Assembly: GCA_951406725.2 (NCBI GenBank)
Contig: OX597835.1
Location: 41,540,001 to 41,604,000 of the forward strand
Length of the DNA stretch: 64,000 nt
From: Octopus vulgaris
Taxonomy: Eukaryota
Direction of reading: 5' to 3'
The position numbers and the translations under genes are program-made. Shown here one piece after another: positions 42,773-56,936 of the stretch (position 1 is the stretch's first letter; every line of letters starts with the position of its first letter). A model generated the notes under the pieces. The model was not told the origin of the DNA and ran no database searches. It worked only from the letters and a program-made list of their open reading frames with translations.

Positions 42773-42849
42773 CTTTTTATTTCTTGTTCCAGTTTTGTTT
42801 TCAGGAACTTCTGGAAGGCATCGACTCACACGGAAGTTTCTGTTTGATT
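42773..42849 (-). CDS. AKNA: Candidate AKNA-like exon (phase 1 to 0)
   Basis: tttcag| acceptor, SNRNFRVSRCLPEVPENKTGTRNKK, AAG|GTAAAA donor. Only one of three frames is open. Confidence 0.5.
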
Positions 42850-43759
42850 CTGAAATTCAGGAGAATTCAACATTAAAATGTTTCCTGATATTTTTTTAAA
42901 ATTTTATTTTATCTAGTTTCAGCTCACGAGCTGTGGCCATGCTGGGGCACCGCCATTTTTTTAGTACAACAGGGGTCACCCCACTCCCTGCCAGAGCCTC
43001 ATGGAGCTTTAGGTGTTTTCGCTCAATAAACACACACAACGTCCTGTCTGGGAATCGAAACCGCGATCCTCTGACTGCGAGTCTGGTGCCCTAACCACTG
43101 GGCCATTGCGCCTCCTATTATATATCCCAAAACTGTTGCATACTTCAACCTCTCGCTCTCAGATATGATAGCACATCTTTGAGTTAGAGGTTGGTGTCTG
43201 TGAGGGACTTTATATTAATTAGTCAAGCAGCTCTTTATGTTAATTAGTAGAGTAGCCCCTCTCTAGATGTTGTCTATGATGTTTGTGTATGTATTAGTCA
43301 CAGCACCATCCTAGAAGTGGGACCAATAACCACCCTTCATGACCCCTATGTACCTCATCTTAGATAAGTTTGTTGTGATCTAAGAACCATTTTTAACACA
43401 ATCACTGTTTGGTCCTTAGGTGCCTTTAGTAGGGACCTACTCTCTGTTAGACGTATTCAGACCAAGTCTCTTGTCTGACAATACTACAGAAGAGAGATGA
43501 TAGCACCTGAGGCATTTACTGGATCTCTGGAATTGGTAGGAAATGTGTTGGAGGGAAAGAATCATAGAGGATTAATGCTGTAGGGAGAAGCAGATCGGGG
43601 TATTGAGATCAGGGGTGGGGCCTTTTTTGTCAGGCCTAGGGAAAGGGTACTGCCCATAGCTTTTGCAGGCCTTCCAAGACTGGTGAAATTGATGCTGTTG
43701 GTGCTCAGCTCAAATTGTTGCAAGTGAACACCAGTAGGTAAGACATGCCATACACTTCA

Positions 43760-44720
43760 CAAAAGCCATTGGTGCCTGTGCCCACACGCTGAGGAAAGCT
43801 GCGTTCAGTTCCACATGAGTTGTCAGCCTTGGGACCACCTGGTTCAGCGATCCCTGGATTTTATCCCACAGATTTTCAAATCTGGGCTGAGAGCCGGCCA
43901 TGGCATGGTTCTGATGTTGTGCAGATGCAGGAAGTCCATGGTGACCCTGGTCATGTGGGAGAGACCATTGTCCTGCATGAACATGTGGCTATCGTGACAC
44001 GTGAAGAAGAGCATGATGTGAGGTCTTAGGATCTGGTCAATGTAGCGCTGTGCTGTGATGCCATTCCCTCTGCCTGCACCAACATTTTGGAAGACATGGG
44101 GCCCAAATCTCTGATTTTGGCCTATAGCACCTGAAACCATGATGCTTTGGCCACCCCATGTGTCTCTCTCCATGACACACGCGTCATGTGTTCACCCCTC
44201 CTACATCACACCCTCACTCTGCTATCTAAGGTGGAAATGCAGTACCCGCTCTCATCAGAGAAGACTATCAACCTTCATTGTTGATGGCTGCCAATGTTGG
44301 TGTTGTGTAACCCACTGTAGTTGTGCCTGATGGTGGCGGGCGGTGAGGACAGGCCCTCGAGCCGGATGACGGCAACACAGATTGTTGGCAGCCAGTCGAT
44401 GTTGTGCCATGTCATCATTGATGGGTTGATGTTCAGTGCCAATTGGCTCACAAGCTGTCACACTGACTGGTCTGAAGGGATCAGAAATGTGTTGCAGGTG
44501 GATGAAGTGATCCTGCCTGGGCATGGTCATCCGAGGGCGCCCTCTGCGGGCACAGTGTTCAGTGCTGTTGGTGTTGTTGTATCACTGTTGCAGGTGATAG
44601 ATGGTGCTGACATGGACATCGTAAGCTTTTGCAACAACCAGAGCACACTGCCCTGCTTGCAATTGGTCAATAGCTTGTTCTCTCTGCACTGCTGACAATC
44701 AGGTTATACCTGATGTGTCC
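43760..44720 (-). pseudogene. Tc1-like DD34E transposase fossil
   Basis: Frameshifted pieces: N-terminal REQAIDQLQAG, PVLTARHHQAQLQW, SIMVSGAI...RYIDQILRPH...FMQDN...WPALSPDL. Confidence 0.85.
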
Positions 44721-44949
44721 AAATTATGAATGCCAGGAACACAGTTCAAGTTGATTTTTATACCCATAACCTCTACAAGATGCACATGCATTTTGGTTAG
44801 GTAACCTACAATTTTGGTCTCAGCCATAAACCAGCATGTCTTGGAATATTTATACTTACATCCCAATAACAAATTTTCAGAATTTACTATATAAAAATTT
44901 CGTTTTTGGATTTGGTTTGCAAGATTCTTTATATGAGTTCGTCTGTCGT

Positions 44950-45218
44950 GTCTGAGGAGAGTCATTTTCTTTTGTGCCTTATTATGTAACATACTCACAG
45001 GTAAATTTTCCACTTTTTTCTTATTTTTATTGTCCTAAACTTTTCGTTGCATCTTGCAACCTTTCCAATAGTTTTGACTCTCGAGAGTCAAAACTATTGG
45101 AAAGGTTGCAAGATGCAACGAAAAGTTTAGGACAATAAAAATAAGAAAAAAGTGGAAAATTTACCTGTGAGTATGTTACATAATAAGGCACAAAAAGAAA
45201 ATGACTCTCCCCAGACAC
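44950..45218. repeat. Near-perfect palindrome with ~130-bp arms and no spacer
   Basis: Centred on ttttgactctcgagagtcaaaa. Arms gtgtctgaggagagtcattttc... / ...gaaaatgactctccccagacac. Confidence 0.9.
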
Positions 45219-45416
45219 AACAGTATATAAAAATTACATTTGAAAAAAATCGCATTTCATTTGTGGTTCAGTGTGTTTATAGCTATACCTAAAAGATAAG
45301 ATGGTCACATCTGGAATGATTTTTATTGCAGGTCAAAATTACAACAACAATAACAATAAAGGCAACAACAACACGAATAAAGAAGTTTGCTTATCTTATC
45401 TTTCAACAATACTCAC

Positions 45417-45465
45417 CGTTTTTGAGGACCAAATTTTCCTGGGTTTCTCCTTCAACAGTGATTTT
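45417..45465 (-). CDS. AKNA: AKNA-like micro-exon (49 nt, NAGNAG acceptor, frame ambiguous)
   Basis: TAG/CAG tandem acceptor and strong GTGAGT donor. Open as KSLLKEKPRKIWSSKT (2 to 0) or KITVEGETQENLVLKN (0 to 1). Confidence 0.55.
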
Positions 45466-45672
45466 CTGCTAATTAAATGTTTATACATTGATAAAATATT
45501 CAAAGAATAGATAATGCTTTGATAAAGGTATAGATATAAACATGGTTACGTTTTTTTTTTTATCTTGATTCAGTTATTGGACTGCGACCATGCTGGAGCA
45601 TGTTTTTGGAAGATTTCATTGTATCAACACTAGTTGTTGAACATTGTGGGAGGCAAGCATATGCACACACAC

Positions 45673-45709
<37 letters not shown>

Positions 45710-47415
45710 CACACACACACACACACACACACATGCACACACACGCACACACATAGGCACACACATATGCACACACACATGCACACACACACACACACAC
45801 ATATGTTGATATATATTTATATAATCACAGGAGTGCTCGTGTAGTAAGTAGCTTGCATACCAACCACATGGTTCCAGGTTCAGTCCCACTGCATGGCACT
45901 TTGGGCAAGTATCTTTTGTTATAGCCTTGGTTCCAACCAAAGCCTTGTGAGTGGATTTGGTAGACGGTAATTGAAATGAGCCCGTCATGTGTGTGTGTTT
46001 GTTTGTGTCTGTCTCTCACACCATGACTTGACAATTGATTGTGGTGTGTTTAAGCCCCCATAACTTAGCAGTTTGGCAAAGAGACCAATAGAATATGTAC
46101 TAGGCTTACAAAGAATAAGTCCTGGAGTCGCTTTGTTTGACTAAAGGCGGTGCTCCAGCATGGCCACAGTCAAATGACTGAAACAAATAATAGAATAAAA
46201 AAAGTAAAGAATATATATACATACAAATAGTATATATTTTATGTATATATACACACACACACATGCACACAAACACACAGATACACACCATACACACATG
46301 ACATTCATTATATGTGTGTATTCTGTATACGTGTATGTGTGTTGCCATCATGGAAGCAATATTTTTTTTGTCAAGAAATAACAAACAAAAATTGTGTTTA
46401 ATTGTTTTCCTTAATAAATAGAGTACCAAATATCACAAAAATTTGTACTGCACTGCTGAAGGTAAATATGAAAATAAATATGAAAAAAAGGATAAAATAT
46501 ACTATTTCTGAGATATTTCACTTACACACAAACAGCCGTACAGTTTTAGTATTATTGAGATATCTAATATAATAAATGTGAAAACTAATTTCTGTGTGCC
46601 AGTGTGTCACACTTTGACCCACCTCTCTTACTATTCAATGATACTTCAACTATTCCTTGTGCTGGGGTGAGAGTAATAATAGAAACAGTGAGGGCAGTGG
46701 TAAAGACAGAGAGAGAAAGAAAAAGAGAGACAGAAATTTAGGGAGAGTTGATGATGTTTTATTAAAAGTAGTAGTGTTGATGGTGGCAGTGGGAGTAATA
46801 ATAAAAGAGAGAGAAAGAGTGGGTATGCGAGAGAGAAAAAGAAATGATGTACAACTTTGTTTAACCATGTCTCTTTGACAGAAATTCCTGTGGCCAACGT
46901 ACTGAAGCAGCATACTGAACACTATCATTTTTAGGGGTTTTTTTTGCTTTCTATAATACATATACACATATCTATATATATAAAACTGAGACACTGCATG
47001 GACCCTAAGTAAGACATGTGTAAAATTTGAATGAAAGCGGTTGGATAGTTCTTGAGTTTTAGTGATGCACACACACACACACACACACAAATACACACAC
47101 ACATTTTCAGTAATGTGTGTGTGAGTGTGTGTTAGATATTAGATAATAATATGAATGGTTTATACCTGGTAGCTTACTGATAAAATACGGTCCTTTCACA
47201 GTGTTTGCTATGTGTCTGGTTAATGAGAAACAATTTTTATTAATCACTACAATTGTTTCAACACATCTAGCATTGATCCCTCATGGATGGGATACTTGAC
47301 AACTGGTTCAGGAGCATCCGATGGTGCAGACGTGTCGCTTTGGGTGATAAATAGATGCGACAATTGTAGTGATTAATAAAAACTCTCATATCTTCCATCT
47401 TCCGTCTCTCATTAA

Positions 47416-47463
<48 letters not shown>

Positions 47464-47846
47464 TCTTTTACTCTTTTACTTGTTTCAGTCATTTGACTGT
47501 GGCCATGCTGGAGCATCGCCTTTAGTTGAGGAAATTGCCCCCCCCCAGGACTTATTCTTTCTAAGCCTAGTACTTATTCTATTGGTCTCTTTTGCCGAAC
47601 CGCTAAGTTACGGCGACATAAACACACCACCATCGGTTGTCAAGCACAGACACACAAACACACACTCATATATATACATATATACAATGGGCATTTTTCA
47701 GTTTCCCCTTTACCAAATCCACTCACAAGGCTTTGGTCGGCCCGAGGCTATAGTGGAAGACACTTGCCCAAGGTGCCACGCAGCATGACTGAACCTGGAA
47801 CCATGTGGTTGGTAAGCAAACTACTTACCACACAGCCACTCCTGTG

Positions 47847-47990
<144 letters not shown>

Positions 47991-48298
47991 AATGAGATAG
48001 GGGTTGAAAATTCAACCCACCATGGGATTTTTCATCTCCCTATGTGTTAGTTTTTTTTTAAAAAACTATTAGCCAAATATGTATAATATCGGTACTTATT
48101 AATATTAATATATACACTGTTATATATTTTGTTTTATTTTGTTCTGTTTACCTTCCTTTTTTGTACAAATGTGTATTATATTATATAAGTGTAGCATTAT
48201 GATGTATAAGTTTTTATATTTTACATTTTTATATTTTTATATTTATATGTATATGATTATATAATATTTTTCACTATTATAACAAATTTAATTTAATT

Positions 48299-48406
48299 CT
48301 CTGAAGAGGCCGTGGGGCATCCTTGTTAATGCCTCATTTATACCTGCCTTTATGGCTTATAGGTTAAATGAGGTATGACTGCCCTCACTGCCGAAACAGC
48401 TGTCAG
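48299..48406 (+). ncRNA. Type I hammerhead ribozyme motif with long stem II
   Basis: cu CUGAAGA ggc-cgug-gggca...ugccc-u-cac-u-gcc GAAAC agcu GUC^ ag. Palindromic stem III (ACAGCUGU), stem I reduced to 2 bp. Confidence 0.7.
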
Positions 48407-48602
48407 TTTTGATTTATTTGCATATTATATTTGAAATTTTTTACTTATATCTCTTTATCTTTTTACTATTACTGTATATCTCATTTCATTTTATATATTG
48501 CCTTTACTCATATGTAATGGTGTATTAAAGTATGGATTGAGTATCATCGGATAGTTGATGTTTTACTGATTTAAGTATGTTTCTCCATTCTCTAATTTTG
48601 TA

Positions 48603-48642
<40 letters not shown>

Positions 48643-48874
48643 TGTAGGAACCATAAATCAGGAGAAGAAGCACACTCTAAAATGTAGAGCAGTATACATT
48701 AAAAATGGGGAGGCTGATTTATGAGATTGCTTTAGGTTTCCAGCCTATAAAAGGTTTAGCTTTATGGTGTATCATCAGACCCCAAAAGGTCTTGTGGGGT
48801 TCTGATGATACACCATAAACCTAAACCCTTTATTGATGGGAAACCTAAGGTAATCTCATAAACTGCCCTTCCCA

Positions 48875-48926
<52 letters not shown>

Positions 48927-50524
48927 TCATCATCATCATCATCATTGTTTAACGTCCGCTTTCCGTGCTAGCATGGGTTGGATGATTTGCCTGAGGTCTG
49001 GCAAACCAGATGGCTGCACCAGGCTCCAATCTTGATCTGGTAGAGTTTCTACAGCTGGATGCCCTTCCTAACGCCAACCACTCCGAGAGTGTAGTGGGTG
49101 CTTTTTACACACCTATAATATATATATATATATATAAGATTCAAGGAGTTTTTGGCAGGGTGACTCCAAATAATAGGTATGTGCTCTGAGTAACGATGTA
49201 AACCTTTTAGTATATAGCTAAATTAAATGTCCTTGTCAAGTCTTGCCAAACTGTATATATATGTATATATATATGTATATAATCAATTCAAATAAACATT
49301 CAATTGAAATGCATGAATAATAAAAAAAAAAACTGACAAACAACAAGGGGAAGAAATGTAATTTGCTTGACACTTGGTAAAAAGAGAAAGTTTGACATTT
49401 CAAGCATAGCTCTTCCTTGGAAAAGAAGAAGGGAAAAGTTCAAAGAATGAAAAGAAATCGTCCCTTCCCCTACCCCAACCCACCCAGTCCTTCTTCCCCG
49501 CCAGAGCATCATTCCTCTGAAATTCCCACCCTGCTTGTGTCCTTCTCTCACTTGTTGACTTACGAAGATTCAAGAGGAACATTGGAGAGCATTGAGCCCA
49601 TTGGTCTTGGAGGACCTCGCTGGTCATCAAGGACAATGACCCTCCTCTTGACCCAGCAATTAAAAAAAAACACAATAAAAAAGTAATAATAGTCACAGGA
49701 CATTAAAATGCCTTTGGTTTTTATCTGTGCATACCTTTGCTATGACCATTTCAGCCAATATGTCGGAATCCATTCCTGCTTTATGTCTGGAAACATAAAA
49801 AAAATAAACAAGTATTAACTTTTTGCATATATTATTCTTTTATTCTTTTATTCTTTTATTCTTTTATTCTATTATTCTTTTATTCTATTATTCTTTTACT
49901 TGTTTCAGTCATTTGACTGTGGCTTGGCATGGGCACCGCCTTTTAGGGTTTTAGTCAAACAAATCAACCCCAGGACTTATTTTTTTAACCTTCCTACTTA
50001 TTCTATTAGTGTTTTTTGCCAAACCACTAAGTTACAGGGATGTAAACACTCCAATACCAGTCAAATGGTGATGGGGGGGGGCAAACACAGACACAAAGAC
50101 ATATATACATATATATATACACACACATCCTTGTGTTATTTGTCATGTACTCTATTTTTTCGATGTTTAAGAAAAATGTCCAGTTCCTTGGTTTTGTGTT
50201 TATGTTTTCATTTCTCATTGTGTTCGACGTTTTTTTGGTGTCCTGTACCCATATATGCATGTATATATACATGTAGATGCAGGTATGTACATATATGTAT
50301 GTATATATGCATATGTTTTATTTATTAATTTGCTATTACACGACAGAATTCACGCATCCATTTCTAAGTAAGTTTGTTCTTAATATATATATATATATAT
50401 ACTGTTTATTTATTATTATGTACTTTCTGTGATCTAGATAAATGTTTTATCATATTTTGTATTTTTTCTACATGATATGTTTTATGTCTATCATTGTTTG
50501 AAATATAATACTGGTTCTTCTCTA

Positions 50525-50591
<67 letters not shown>

Positions 50592-51270
50592 TTAATCCAA
50601 ACAAGAAAACACAAAAAAACACAACAACGCGAGGACGTGGAACAAATATAGTATTATTGGACGCTCAGGAAAGAAGGAGGGTTTAACGTTTCAAGTGGAG
50701 CTCTTTGTTGGAAATATAGGAAAAGGAAAGATCCAGAGAAGGGAAGACAGAGGAAAAAAATCGCCAATGGTACACACGAGGTCACATATCATTGTCATTT
50801 AGTGTCCACTTGCCATGCTGGCTGCCTCAGGCCCATAAAGCCTTGTGTGTCGATTTTGTACATGGAAACTCAAAGAAGACTGTCATATATATGTGTATAT
50901 TTGTGTGTATATTTGTGTGTTTGTGTCTGTCTCCCCCACCATCGCTTGACAACCGATGTTGCTGTGCTTACATACCCGTAACTTAGCCGTTTGGCAAAAC
51001 ACGCTGATAGAATAAGTTTACAAACAACAAATCCTGGGGTCAATTTCTTTGATTAAAGGCAGTGCTCCAGCATGGCCGCAGTCACATGACCGAAACAAAG
51101 TAAAATAATAAAAAGCTATGCCATTTTAATCCCAAGCAATGCCAGGCATAGTTGCTAGTTACTTCTAAATGTTATTTTCAACTTGAAATAATATCCAAAA
51201 GATTTTCTGCAACAAGTTTCATCTTCTAATTTTTATTATTTTTATTTTTGTCTTAAAAAAAATAACTTAC

Positions 51271-51353
51271 ATGTTACACTCTCTTTGGTGTTGTTGTTGT
51301 TGATGTTGATGTTCTTCATTTTGACAAAGTTCTTTCTTTATTTGTCGTAATTT
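51271..51353 (-). CDS. AKNA: AKNA-like exon (phase 0 to 2)
   Basis: Poly-T tract + TAG acceptor, KLRQIKKELCQNEEHQHQQQQHQRECN, GTAAGT donor. Confidence 0.75.
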
Positions 51354-52019
51354 CTATGTAAAAAAAAAAAATAAAAAGGAAGATCATGTTTCTGTTTTTC
51401 TCAGTAAATACTTATCATGGTAATCTGAGCCAAAAAACCATTCCAGTTATAAGAATCCTAATAATATTTCTAGTAATATGCAAGATTATTTAATGTGTCA
51501 ACCCTTTAAGGCGGCAAGCTGGGAGAATCATTACCCTACTGAGCAAAAGTCTTTGAGACATTTCATCCGTCTTCGAGTTCTGAGTTCAAATGCTGCCGAG
51601 GTCAATTTTGTCTTTCAATCTTCCAGGGTTGATAAAATCAGTACCAGTTGAGTACCAGGGATTAATGCAGGGATTAATGTAATCAATTTAACCCCTTCAC
51701 TGAACTTACTGACCTTGTGCCAAAATTTGGAACCAATATGTCATGCTCTTATATAGAAGATGACAGGAAATGGCTAGAGGTAAATTTAGCTGCTTTTTTT
51801 GCAATATCAGCTCCACATAGACATTTCCTTCCATTTTTCTATGATATTACGAGACAATGTTTCTGAAAGTCTTACTACTTTTAAACAACTCACACAAAGC
51901 TCATGTCTGTGTGAGGTCATTATTAATTATTTGATTTACTCAACTATGAATATGCTACAGCAGAAGACACTTGCAAAAGTGGCAATGCAGTGGGATTGAA
52001 CCTGGAACCATGTGGTTGG

Positions 52020-52062
<43 letters not shown>

Positions 52063-52063
52063 A

Positions 52064-52118
<55 letters not shown>

Positions 52119-52140
52119 ATACATATACATACATATATAC

Positions 52141-52171
<31 letters not shown>

Positions 52172-52277
52172 AGAGAGTTCAAAACATATATATACATAAC
52201 ATATATAATACAGCCATATATAATCACATATATATATATATATTTAAAATAATTTAAATTAATTAATTTTATGTATT

Positions 52278-52332
<55 letters not shown>

Positions 52333-52373
52333 GAAAGAGAGGAATATAACATTCACAACAGGTACATACTTAC

Positions 52374-52850
52374 CTCTGTGATTTCCTTCATTTCTTGGTC
52401 CCCGTCATCAAGAGTTCCACTCAACTTCAGTTGCCAATATTTATCCATCAATACATTGTATTGAACCAGAAACTTCTCTTTCCTTGCTTCATAACTGTCA
52501 TTTAATATTCCATCTTCTGGGACATTTTCACTTTCTTTGGTCCCATCTAAACTATTGACTGGACTACAACAGTCCCCTGACTGGAATGGCTCTTTCAAAT
52601 TGTCCTGTACGTTCTGATATTTCTCCTCAAGTTCATCAAATCTCATCTGGAGATCAAAGAGGCACCCTTCCAGTTCTTTGTCTTCATCAAATGCGTTGCC
52701 GTTGGCTGCACCTTTAATTACGAATTCTTCTTTAATGCGAAGGTATTGTCGGCGCTGTTTGTTCTGCTCTGTGCAAACTTTTTCAAAGAATTTCTTCCGT
52801 TCTTTGTGAGTCAGTTGGTTTTGCTCCAGCAAGGTCTCCAGAGAATTTAT
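52374..52850 (-). CDS. AKNA: AKNA-like exon encoding the AKNA domain (phase 0 to 0)
   Basis: 477 nt, INSLETLLEQ...AFDEDKELEGCLFDLQMRFDELEEKY...EITE, similar to AKNA FDPxRELEAEIYRLGxxLEELKE (recalled). Polypyrimidine tract + AAG acceptor, GTAAGT donor. Confidence 0.85.
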
Positions 52851-53064
52851 CTTTGCGAAAAAGAATGAGAAGAAAACAAAGAAGGAATGAGACAGAGAAG
52901 GACAGAGAGAGAGAGAGAGAGAGAGAAGAAAGAGAAATAAATAAAGATAAAGCATGAGAAAATACAGGAACAGATTTATTAATATATACACGTGTGTATA
53001 TATATGTATGTTTGTGTGTATGTGTGTATGTATCTATACATATCTATCTGTCTATCTATCTTTA

Positions 53065-53106
<42 letters not shown>

Positions 53107-54058
53107 AAGTTAATCCAAACAAGAAAGCACAAACAAACACAACAACACAAGGATGTGGAACAAGTATAGTATTATTGGATGCTCTGGAAAGAAGGAAAGA
53201 AGGAGGGTTTAACGTTTTGAGTGGAGATCTTCGTCGGAAACATAGGAGAAGGAAAGACCCAGAGAAGGGAAGACAGAGGAGAAAAATCGCCAACATACAT
53301 ATATATCATCATCATCATCATCGTTTAATGTCTGCTTTCCATGCTAGCATGGGTTGGACCACTTGACTGAGGGCTGGCGAACCAGATGGCTGCACCAGGC
53401 ACCAATCTTGATCTGGCAGAGTTTCTATAGCTGGATGCCCTTCCTAACACCAACAACTCCAAGAGTGTAGTGGGTGCTTTTACGTGCCACCGGCACGAGG
53501 GCCATTCAGGCAGTACTGGCAACAGCCACGCTCAAATGGTGTTTTTTACATCCTAGCAGCACAGGAGCCAGCCCAGCAGCACTGGCAATGACCTTGCTTG
53601 AATGTTTTTTCATGTGCCACCAGCACAAGTGCCAGTAAGGCAACGCTGGTAACGATCACACTCGAATGGTGCCTCTTACGTGCCACCGGCACGGAAGCCA
53701 ATTGGCTGCTCTGGCAACAATCACACTTGGATGGTGCTATATATATATATATATATCACGTCACATGACCGACCAAGCAATCAGATGTTGCTACACATCG
53801 CTGGTCACAATGCACTTCGCATTGTTTTAGCCTTCAAATGACGCCACCCCGCTGGGTAAGCGAGCAGGCTAACAGAAGAAAGAGTGAGAGAAAGTTGTGG
53901 CGAAAGAGTACGGCAGGGATCGCCACCATCCCCTGCCAGAGCCTCGTGGAGCTTTAGGTGTTTTCACTCAATAAACACTCACAACGCCCGGTCTGGGAAT
54001 CGAAACCGCGATCCTACGACCGCAAGTCCGCTGCCCTAACCACTAGGCCATTGCGCCT

Positions 54059-54131
<73 letters not shown>

Positions 54132-54224
54132 CACACATATATACACATATATATACACATATATACACATATATACACATATATACACATATATACACAT
54201 ATATACACATATATATATATACAC

Positions 54225-54255
<31 letters not shown>

Positions 54256-54547
54256 TACATATATATATACATACATATATATATATATATAAAGTACTCA
54301 TGCTGGTGCCACATTAAAACCACGTAGCACACTCTGTAAAGTGGTTGGCATTAGGAATGGCATCCAGCCATAGAAACCAAATCAGATTGGAACCTGGTGC
54401 AGCTCTCCTGCTTGCCAGTACAAGTCATACTGTCTGACCCAAATCAGCAGGGGGAACGGATGTTAAATGATGATGATGATGATGATGATGATAGTGATGA
54501 TGATGATGACAACGACGACGATGACGACGATGACGATGACGATGATG

Positions 54548-54578
<31 letters not shown>

Positions 54579-55076
54579 AGATGATGATGATATATAGATA
54601 CACAAATAGGGTTTAAATGTGTTCTATTTCTACCTATGCTGTACCTGGAACCAGCCATGAGTCAGATCTGGTTTAAATTGGATTTGGTATTTATATATCT
54701 ATGGTATCCTATGAAAACTTTCAGGTGTTCATATATATATATTTTTAAAATCCGTGAAGTCGTGAATCCACGTTAGTTGAACTGCGAAGTAGCGAGGGAT
54801 CACTGTAATGATATAATCTCACTGAATCTCTCTGAGAACTACGTTAAGAGTGTATATGTTTGTGGAGCACTCAGCCACTTGCAAATTAATTTCACAAGCA
54901 GCTGGTCTGTTGATTGTTGCTGTAACCGATGAAGTGCCAGTTAGATATACATGTATTCATATATATGTACATAACTATACACACACACACATAAACACAC
55001 GTCTATATCCATATCTATCTATCTATCTATATATGTATCAAATGAAATAAATGAAAAACAGGACACAAAGGATGTT

Positions 55077-55169
55077 GCGGTACGTATGTTTCAGGCTTTA
55101 TAGAACAACTTATTCTTACATCAACACATAATCGACATAACAGATAGTTCAAAAGCCTTCTTCAGCCGC
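55077..55169 (-). ncRNA. Type I hammerhead ribozyme motif
   Basis: gcgg CUGAAGA aggcuuu...aaagccu GAAAC auac GUA^ ccgc. 4-bp stem I, 7-bp stem II extended by gaac/guuc. Confidence 0.85.
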
Positions 55170-55706
55170 GTGTAATTGCTACACCAAAGACTTGTGTCAC
55201 ATTATGAAAGGTTTGAGAAAAAAACATTTGGTATTGTCTATCATGGTAGGTAAACCGAGTATCATTGGAAAAGTATGTTTGTAAATCTTCATAGGCGTAC
55301 ATGGTATTATTAAACTCCAAAACAAATTGTCTATACCGTTTTTTCACTCGATATAGAATGAATACTGGGTAGGTTCTTTCATATAAGGGAAGGAATTGGA
55401 TGTTGAGAGAAAGAGAAAAAGGAGAAAGGAGGGGAAGGGGATGAAACGTTAATGAAGTTGGGATCACAAAAAAGAAAATATATATAAATATAAATATAAT
55501 TATAAAGGATAATATATATATATAATATATAATATATATATATATATCGGAGTGGTTGGCGTTAGGAAGGGCATCCAGCTGTAGAAACACTGCCAGATCT
55601 GACTGGCCTGGTGCAGCCTTCGGGCTCCCCAGACCCCAGTTGAACCGTCCAACCCATGCTAGCATGGAAAGCGGACGTTAAATGATGATGATGATGATGA
55701 TGATGA

Positions 55707-55755
<49 letters not shown>

Positions 55756-56374
55756 AAACAGCTATTCTTTTATATAAGTTTTATTAAAGACACAACTATG
55801 TTCCAGTTTTAACTTTCACTATTACAAATTTCTCCTTTTTTCATATCAGTAAATCAAGAGTTATAAAATGGGCATTAAATTCCCACGCACACTTTTTTTA
55901 CCTGTCATGGACTTACCTGTCATGGATTTATGTGCCTCAATTCTCTATGGTTGATACACAGCGAAAACTTATAACTAGGTTACCGATATTAGAAATATAT
56001 TTTATGTACCTTGAATTGTATCTGATATAGAATTTGATATGCTAGATAGAGTAGTTGATATATATATAATTATTACATCAAAAGTCGACAGCTCAGACAG
56101 CGTCACCCCAGGGTGGGCCATTCAATAGAACTTATTAATAAATAACTTACTAACAACTAATCCAAGGTGTATACTCCACCTATTATACAGAGAGAGAGAG
56201 AGAGATAGCACCTGACAACTGCTATCTCTCTCTCTCTGATAAATGATAAATGAGTTGAGCAACAGACAGTGGTTTTGTTAAACCTGTGACCCTGTTTCAC
56301 TTCCTGAGCACTCTAAATAGAAACACTGAAACCAAAAGAATTGCTCACTCCAAAGCCAGTGAGTTAATTGTTAC

Positions 56375-56523
56375 CATTTTCTCAAGATTGCTTGCTTCCT
56401 TCAGCAGTGTTATTTTAATACTTTCTGCCTTTGATACATATTTTGGGGATTCAAGGTCATGGTTCCCTCCTTGTTGAAATTTCTTCGATTCACTATTTCC
56501 ATGGAAACCAGACTTCATACACC
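56375..56523 (-). CDS. AKNA: AKNA-like exon (phase 1 to 0)
   Basis: Acceptor ttcttttctccag|, open 149 nt (G)CMKSGFHGNSESKKFQQGGNHDLESPKYVSKAESIKITLLKEASNLEKM, donor |gtaaca. Phases fit both neighbouring exons. Confidence 0.75.
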
Positions 56524-56888
56524 CTGGAGAAAAGAATTTGACAATGAAATGAATAATACAACAACTTATAAATTAAATATTAGGGTTTAAATATCAGGTG
56601 TGTGACCAGTAGGCTAGGCAACTGGGCTATTGGTCATTGAGGGAGATTTTCTATGGCTTGATGGCCTTTGAGTTGTTAACCTTCATCTGTTTTTAAACCA
56701 GGTTAAATTTTCCCAAAACCAGTTGGTCAGACATGTTTTTCACATAAGACAGGAAGTGAAGAATCCTGTATGAGAATATTCTTATTTATGACTATTGCTT
56801 CATGGGGAATTTACCGATATATTGACTTGTGGCAGGATTACATTGCAATAAAATTACAGATATATATATATATGTATATATATGTATG

Positions 56889-56933
<45 letters not shown>

Positions 56934-56936
<3 letters not shown>

